From the human T2T-CHM13v2.0 reference genome, Homo sapiens: a stretch of DNA of 64,000 nt. The position numbers and the translations under genes are program-made. The notes beneath the pieces were generated by a model, which saw only the letters and a list, made by a program, of their open reading frames with translations, searched no databases and was not told where the DNA came from. This document shows, in pieces, positions 55,047-64,000 of the stretch. Numbering within the stretch: the stretch's first letter is position 1; each line of letters starts with the position of its first letter. The stretch is from assembly GCF_009914755.1 (NCBI RefSeq), contig NC_060947.1; one strand, written 5' to 3'.

Positions 55047-55498
55047 TGTTACCAGAAAGGGGTCCCGATCCAGACCCCAAGAAAGGATTCTTGGATCTCG
55101 CACAAGAAAGAATTCAGGGTGAGTCCATAGACTAAAGTGAAAGCAAGTTTATTAAGAAAGTAAAAGAATAAAAGAATGGCTACTCCATAGACAGAGCATC
55201 CCCAAGGGCTGCTGGTTGCCCATTTTTATGGTTATTTCTTGATGATATGCTAAACAAGGGGTGGACTATTCATGCCTCCCCTTTTTAGACCACATAGGGT
55301 AACTTCCTGAGGTTGCCATGGCATTTGTAAGCTGTCATGATGCTGATGGGAGTATAGCCGTGAGAATGACCAGAGGTCACTCTTGTTGCCATCTCGGTTT
55401 TGGTGGGTTTTAGCTGGCTTCTTTACTGCAACTGTTTTATTAGGTTGGTGCAAAAGTAATTGCGGTTTCTGCGTGCTCTGGTTCAAACACCTCTAACA
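55047..55498 (-). mobile_element. MER41A-like ERV1 solo LTR with internal deletion
   Basis: tgttaccagaaaggggtcccgatccagacccc...gctctggttcaaacacctctaaca matches the recalled MER41 reverse complement; TSD ttat/ttat. Confidence 0.85.
55440..55472. mobile_element. Half MADE1 (Hsmar1-derived MITE) terminal inverted repeat
   Basis: ta|ttaggttggtgcaaaagtaattgcggtttctgc matches the MADE1 TIR after a TA target site. Confidence 0.88.
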
Positions 55499-55502
55499 TT
55501 AT

Positions 55503-56161
55503 TGTTCCTGGACCAAACTGAGGGTTGGGCTGCTATTTCTCATGGCCCAATAACGAGATACAGATGAACTGGGAAGGAAGAGAGTTTTTATTTCTGTAAG
55601 TGGCTCCAGGGAGAAGGCCTGGAAATTATCACCAGACCAACTCAAAATTAGAAAGTTTTCCAGAGCTTATATACCTTCTAAGCTATATGTCTACGTGTAA
55701 GTGTGCACTCATCTAAAGACGTAAGTGATTAACTTCTTTTCATCTATAACTAAGGTCTGAGTCCTGAAGACCTTCCTCTGGAGCCTCAGTAAATTTACTT
55801 AATCTAAATCGGTCCAGGTGCTGGGGTGATTACCCTTATCTTGTCTCCTGCTAAATCATGGAGGTTTGCAGAGTTCCTTCAGACCCCCAATCAACTTGTT
55901 TGTGGAGGCCTGGGGAGTTTCTTCACATCCCCAGTAAAACTTGTTTAATCCTAAATAGGTCCTGTTAAGAATTCCTTCGTTATCTTGCCATGCTTTAACG
56001 CCCAGGAAAGGCCTAGACAAAACTCTTGGTGGGCTTTTGTTACATTCCAGCCTTTGTATAGGGCACTGGCTCTTTGAGCTTTTAATATTTAACTGAACCA
56101 CTCAGTCAGTACTGAGACAGTTGTTATGGAGGCCTGCGTTAGTGAGACCTGGCCTGCCACA
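55503..56161 (-). mobile_element. ERV1-class solo LTR (~660 bp; LTR15-like, tentative)
   Basis: TG...CA termini; minus strand starts tgtggcaggccaggtctcactaacgcaggcctcc. Confidence 0.78.
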
Positions 56162-57989
56162 TTTTGATGACCAATCAGTTCCACTCTTTGAGGCTGTGAG
56201 AGCTTGAGTAAGCCATACAACCTCCATGAACTGCAATTTTTTTTTTCAGCTGCAATATTATCTTGAGCTTCCACCCCATAAGAGGTTGTATTCTGGATAA
56301 AATAAGTATCCAAAAGCATTTTTAAAATAATAAATTATAATAGAAACACAAGGTTTTCACTTCATGCATTAGATTAGCAGCTTGGAAGGGAAGAGGACAG
56401 GCCAAACCAGGAGTGGGTAGAGCCAGCACCTAGGAAGAGGTTCCGTTGAGACTTCAGCAGGCCCAAGCCAGGACGTAGAGTGTGACTGTCAGAGAGTGTC
56501 AGGAGGTGTCCCAAGTAGCAGATTGGTGTAGGAAGTCCAGGCGAAGGTTTGCTGGCAGGGAGCCGAGGGGGCTGGTGAAAGAGCAATTCTGGACATCAGC
56601 CACAGAATCTAAGCTGGGTAGGGAAGGAAGAGAAGCCAGGATGGGCCAGTCAACTGGGAGAAGTAGGAGGGTAGTAGGACTGGAATGCTGACCGACTGTG
56701 TCAGGGAGCAGGCTGACTGCAGTGAGGGCCTTAGGAGGTAGGATGGTGGGAAGTGCAGGGGGAGCAGTCCCAGGGCAAGGGATGCCCTGGGGTGGAGCCT
56801 AGAACATGGGCAGCCCAAGCCATCGAAAGAGAGTATTGGCGATGAGGTGGGCAAGGACCTGGAAAGCAGGTGTGTTCAACAGTGGGGGGCACCACGTGGA
56901 CCCAGATGAGGAGCAGGGGAAGGAAGTTTAGTCAGAGGTCATGGGCCTGAAAGGAGGGTGGTGGGGTGTTTCTCTGTGAGCAGCCCTGGGGGCAAGCAGA
57001 GCCTCCCCTGCTCCTGGGCCTGAGGTGGGTGTCCTGGGGATGGGTGGGTCCTTTCCTTCAGAAGGGCTGCAGGAGTCAGGAGTGCTGCTGTGCTCTGGAG
57101 GAAGCCCAGGCCTATGGAGGAGAGAAGCCTTTCTGAATAAGTTGAAGGTGGAAGGGGCTTCATTGACCATGAAATGGAGATTCTACTGGCCCCACTGGAG
57201 TGCCATGGGAAAGGTGGAAGGATGGACAGGGGATGGGATTTATTTAATTTGGGACGTAGCTCCACACCAAATGTTCAGAAGTGCGGTCCGGCTATTGTTG
57301 ACAATTACAATGTGAGGAAGGAGGAGGGGGCAGGGCATGTGGAGAACAACAACAAACCTGGTCATTCTTTATCTAGAGTCTTGAGAAATATATAAAAGGG
57401 CAAATAGTTGAGTAAATTAAATCGGGAACGTAGTCACTAAATTCCAAGGCATTTAGAAAAGAAAATTTCTTTATTTCGTATGAAAGTGCGATAAGGGATA
57501 GGACTCTGGAGTAGACAGATGAGAAAAGAGAATTCTAACATATTTCTTTAATTCTGTCTGCAAAACTATATGGAACATATAAAACTGGAAGGTGCTAATG
57601 TAAAGATTGAACAGGAGGAGGTGGGTGGTAAGAAGTACTATAAAAGGAACTAAAGGTGAAAATATAGCATTCAAATGCAAGCAAGATATATTTGGAGAGC
57701 TAACCAATGACAGTGCTAAGGAAATGGAGATTGCTAGCCCAGTGATGAAAGACTAGGGCACTATTATATTTAGGATGGATTTGGGTAGAGAGGTGAGAGG
57801 GATGTCTGGAAAACAGAAGTGTGCAAGAGCCATGGATTAGAATTCTGGCAGGCGTGAGTGAGAAGAAGGTAAAATGCATCTTGGACATGGAGTGAACCAC
57901 ATACACCAGAATCTCGAAACTGCCTGGTTTAAGTGGGGAAACCGAGGGAAGAGCCATTGATGACAGCAAGTTTCCACTTTAAGAAACTG

Positions 57990-58240
57990 AAAAGAGATCT
58001 AGTGTACAACACGAGGACTATAGGTAATAAAATTGTACCATATATGGGATTCATGCCAAATGAGTAGATTTTAGCTGCTATTGCCACAAAAAAACAAAAA
58101 TTGGATAACTATGTCAGATGATGGATACTTTAATTTGCTTCACTATAGTAACCTTTTTACTATATGTATGTATTCTGTAACATCATGATATATTATACCT
58201 TGAATGTACATGGTAAAATTTATTTTTTAAAAAAGAAGAA
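57990..58240 (+). mobile_element. L1MA/L1MB 3' end fragment
   Basis: agagatctagtgtacaacacgaggactata...aactatgtcagatgatggatac...taacatcatg followed by an A-tail. Confidence 0.75.
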
Positions 58241-58404
58241 AATAGCAACAATGATAAAGCAATGGGGAAAATAGCTGATCAATAATATCATTAGTATTTT
58301 CAACAGCGGTACAGCAGAAAACCCGGAAACTATATTATTATTTTAAAGGAATTTATAATAAGTGAATAAATACATTACTTTCATTTATCTAGAAAAAGGA
58401 AAAA

Positions 58405-58750
<346 letters not shown>

Positions 58751-59355
58751 TTAATGGTGTCTCAGACGGGAGAATGACACGTAGAGCTTGGGGGTGATGG
58801 TGCTTGGTCGCTTAGCTTATAGCAAAAGAATGTCCTAAGTTAAAAGCAGGGAAATGAAAGGCTGGGACACAGAGATATCTGAGGAAGCCCCGACCATCTG
58901 ATGATCTCTGATTTACCAAAGTCAGGATTTTGCCCTTTTCTGTCTTATTTATTTTTGTCTGCAGTTTAACTGGAGAATGATGATAGTTTGCATGGATGTA
59001 CTGTGGCCTAAAAGCATGAATACAGGCTGTTCTGGAAACAGTGTTTCTATATAAATATAAATGACAGTGATACCCCACCTATCCCAATGTCAAACTTCAG
59101 CCTACTTTACTTACCTTCACTTACCACTCATATGTCCCAAACCCAGAATTAAGTAAAAAGGGTCTCTGAACGCTTGAAATTGTTGACACAAATCCAATGA
59201 ACCCTACTCACAGGACAGGCCTTAGGCCTCTTACTCAAAGACCCATGAACCAGTATCAGTAAAACCTTCTCTCACGCAAGGTTCACATGAGTTTGCCTGT
59301 CTGGCTACCCACCCCACAGCAGATTAGGGAGTGGGAGGTGAAGATGGAAAAGTCA

Positions 59356-59700
<345 letters not shown>

Positions 59701-59887
59701 ATTAAAAGACAGAACTATAAAAATGAGATAAAAACTGAAATACTAATACTCAGCGATCTGGAGCTGTGGAGTGTAGGGAAGAGAGTTCTTGCCTTGTCAG
59801 AAGTGCCTGAGGGGATGTTTAGACTGATGAGCCTGCAAGGCCAAGAGAGTTTCAAGTTATAAGGTGTATACTCTTAAGAAGTAAAGG

Positions 59888-60252
<365 letters not shown>

Positions 60253-61204
60253 TTAGCTTTCAAAGGAATAAGCTTCAGTGATCTGGAAAATCCATTTAAG
60301 CAATGCTTATAGTATGAATGAGGATATTGGGTCTTAGGAATAGGAGGATGAGAGAGCATGAAGAAAGAGAAAGCTTAGTTAGGAGAAGAGCACTGGGCCA
60401 TAAAAATAGATAAGGAAGAAAGGAAGAAGCACATCTCAAAGGAAGAGAGTGGTGAGGGGGTTGGGGGGTGATGGATTTCTCTTGGTAGCATCACACACGA
60501 AGGTTGCCTGCTCAGATTACAGGAGGTGCATAACTATGACCTAAGCAATCACTTGATTGCTTCGGGAAATGGTAGAATTTCTGTGATGGTCTTTGTTTCT
60601 CACTGTAATGCTTTGTACTAATCAATTTGTCAACAACTGATTGAATCCCAATTATATGTCATACCTGACTCTGGTTCACTGATAGAAGCTACAATTGAGT
60701 CACATCAGTGTAACCACAGGCTCCTAATCTTTTGTTTAGAAGTAGTTAGTGGCCGTGCTTTCACTTACTTTTATTTTATTATTGTTTTTAAGAGCAATAG
60801 ATCTTGAATTGTGGGGAATAGTTTGGCAAACTACATCCTGTTGGAGATTTTTGGAGCTATAAGTGACCAAAGTTTATGTTATACTATGACTAACTGATTC
60901 TCTCCATCACTCACAAGAGTAAGTAGGAAAACCTCAGGCTTTGAATTAAGACAAAATTTTAATTCATCTCAATTGGTGGTTTGCTAGACACTTTCTTCCT
61001 CATCAGTTCTTTTATACAGCATAGCATGAATAGGCTCCAAGGCTGGGGCTGGCCCAAAGCCAACTAAGGGCACAGCCTGAGAGACTGTTCTAATGTAGGG
61101 TCACTGAGAGGCCTCACCATATTACTCTTTTCATCCAAGTGGTTGGTTTGGTTCAAGACTTCTATCATTATAACTCACCATATGCAAAAGTGAATCTGTC
61201 TACT

Positions 61205-61540
61205 AATGCATTCATTCAGTAAACTTTTATCTGGTCCCTGTAATGTTCAAGGTATCATATAAACACTAAAGGACCATACAAAGTTGATTTAACATATATT
61301 TATGAAACACCTATTATGAATGAGGCACTCTACTAAGGGTTGGCAATACAGTATGACTAAAACACAGTTGTTGGCCCCAAAGACATCACAGTTTAGTGGG
61401 GAAGGTTGGCTGATAAAAAGACAAGATAGTTCAGGGTTGGACATGTTATGATTGGGATCAGCATGGAGTCCTAAAAGAACCCACTGGCAGAGCACCTAAC
61501 CTTATGGAAGACTTCCTGGAAGAGAAGACATTTCTGACGA
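61205..61540. mobile_element. L2 3' fragments
   Basis: cattcattcagtaaac...; aacatatatttatgaaacacctattatg...ggcactctactaagg...ggaagacttcctggaagag. Confidence 0.55.
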
Positions 61541-64000
61541 TCTCTTCAAAGAATTTTAGTAATTTAGTAAGTGCCTAAATCATGAAGGGAAGTTTTGGAG
61601 GATCATGAAAGATTTTATTCTCAGACACTTTTTGTGGTGCCCTACAATAAATGATGGGATTTGTAGCAATTATTGTTCTTCATTGATTGTTTTGAGATTT
61701 TGGTTTCTTTAATATTTGGTTGTCCTTAAAAATTGTATCAGCTAGCACCTTAATACTAAGGGAAACATTTTCAGCTCAGAATCGCATCTGGGTTTGAAAA
61801 GGACTCTTCCCCACTGGGTACCATACTCTTAACAACAGACCTTTGCTAAAAGGGCATCTCAACTTTACATGGCTTCAAATATAATCTTATCATCAAGTGA
61901 AGTAATTTACATATCATTAGTTAGGTCATATTTTTAGATTTTATTTTCTGAAAAGATTAATTTTAATCAGCCCTGTTGCTTAATTAGAGTGACCAGTTTG
62001 AAATACTTCTTTCAGAGCCTCAGCTTTAGTAAAATTACAAGACATTTTTCCCTCATTGAATAGAAAGCTAGAAATTTTAGATCAATATCACCAAATTAGT
62101 TTGTTAAATTGATGCCATGAGTGGTGACCTCCTATCGCTGAAAAAGAGATGCATGTGAACAGAGAGATGCTAATGAACTCTTAACCCTGTGGGTACCATC
62201 CTGATGCTATCCAGTGGAAGCCCTACTGCCTTGTTTTCCTTTTTTTTCTCTCTTCCCCACCATCCTCCACCCACTACACCCATAATTTTCCAGCTGTCAA
62301 GGTAGTCAAACATTTTCTTTATTTTCTATCACTGAAATGCTTCACACTGCCACAGTGGCCAATTTTATTTTCCTTTTGAGGTGAAGGTAGTATGTTACAA
62401 TCAGAACAGACCTCTGAAATAGGGTTTGCAGAAGAAGAAAATTAACGTGGAGTTGACCAGAGCTTATTGTTTGATGTGCCTTCAGGAAATGTCCAAATTC
62501 ACTGGGATAATTTCCAGATGTCTGTTGTAAAATGCTTCCATAGGAAATAGGCGAGACTGTGGGAAACATCTGGTTTTTGTCTCTGTTTAAGTTAATTAAT
62601 TATGGTCTGCTATTTTTCCCCCTACAGGTCATCTGAGTGCAGTTCAGAGTTGTAGCTACTCTGGACTTTCTGTATCTGTCAACTTAATCACCATGTCATA
62701 GACGGTTTGTTGCATATTAGCTGCAGAATGAGCCAGAGGGTTTCGTTTACTGGAACTGGGTGAAGCATGTTTTATGGCATGAGGTTTTGCTTCTTTGAAG
62801 GAAACCTGGAGAAATGTCAGTAGCCGGAATCCTAAATATCCTAGACACTCACACCCCAGTAGACTAGTTCCTCATCATCCTGTGTGCTTTTTAGTTCCCT
62901 TATTACTCTAAGACTAAAGTGGATTCAAACCCAAACTATATAAAGTAATACGACTAATCCTGGAACAACAGGGCAGTTCTTACACATCCAAATGAGTCTT
63001 GCCCTCTTTGATGCGGTTGTCTTGAGGGGCTTAACACTGAAAGGAGTTCAGTATACATTCAGGACTCCTTTTAGAATCACTTTCAGAGATAGTGACATAC
63101 TCTCTTGAATGAGCTTTATTATCACAAGTCTTAATCTCTTGAAGACATGTGAGATTCTTGAAGAAAATCTTGAAGATTTTCTGAAAAGGTTAAGGCTTAT
63201 TGAGTGTCAAGTGTGTTGCATAAGGTGGATGGATTAGTTGACCATTACTATTTGGGGCTTAAAATGAGGTTTAACTGAAGACATTCATTACTCTTTGCTC
63301 ATAGTAGAGGTGAAATAAGACATCACAGAGGTAGCAAAGAATTTACCCACAACAAATTCTGGTTTAATTCGAGATAAGAAGTTTTAATACAAGAAAATCT
63401 GTCATCGCAATAGAAAGTGTGTTTACCATTCAAACATAATAAATATAATTTTAGACTATTGGATGCTTTCCTCAAATTTTGAAATTAAGGTTATACTGGT
63501 TTCATAAAATGAGTTGGAGAGATTTTCATCTTTTTCTCTTACTTATAATAATTTGAATCCCTGGGTTGCAAACTCAAACTTGGCTATACACTGCAGTCAC
63601 CCAGGTGATTCTAATGTGCAGTCAAGGTTGGGCACCATGGGTTTAAGTCACATTAAAACTATTTGCTCATGAAAATTAAAATAGAGTTCTGCTAGAAAGC
63701 CACATGGGGCCAGTGCACTGTTCATGTTTTCCTCTTCTTTTGAATCAGTTTTGCTAGGAAATGGATGATTTTCAAGGAAATCATAAAATTGGTTCAAAGA
63801 AAGAACCAATAAAATTTGGGTTTATATAAACCCAAATTATCCTTTTTATTTCTTTTCTATTTCCTTAGTTTCAGCTCTTCTCCTTATTTGATGGGTTTTA
63901 TTGTTTTTCTAATTTCCTAAGATGAATGCCATCTTTCGTGAACATCTTTAATAATGAAGGCATTTAAGGCTACACATCTTTTCTGATTTTAGTGTTAACT

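Noticed and set aside
55440-55472. miR-548 family gene
   Set aside because: Only one MADE1 arm remains, so no hairpin precursor can form.

Overview
Primate (human-like) genomic DNA, not prokaryotic. The window holds the 5' part of PPEF1 (serine/threonine protein phosphatase with EF-hands 1; Xp22 in human, from recall) on the + strand. Six coding exons splice with GT-AG boundaries and consistent phases: 390-435, 22805-22932, 26372-26432, 42415-42575, 50250-50364 and 54153-54199. Together they give 558 nt, 186 codons: MGCSSSSTKTRRSDTSLRAALIIQNWYRGYKARLK...[20 protein letters not shown]. This covers the Gly2/Cys3 acylation site, the IQ motif and the first PPP-family motif (GDLHG). I did not find the next exon in the window. 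The introns are mostly transposon-derived: about 30 Alus, a full-length but inactivated antisense L1PA (about 26751-32887), older L1M, L2, MIR and MLT fragments, and MER21, THE1, MER41A and ERV1 LTRs. Nearly all ORFs in the supplied track are repeat-derived. I see no wholly new biological system. The best lead is the intronic L1: its antisense ORF0 keeps a strong-context ATG and splice donor SD1, which would join PPEF1 exon 4 in frame and give a phosphatase lacking its membrane anchor and IQ motif. Other leads are a small double-hairpin retrocopy with a TSD, a MADE1-truncated MER41A abutting a second LTR, and uORFs around the start codon. Repeat family names come from recalled consensus sequences, and repeat boundaries are approximate.
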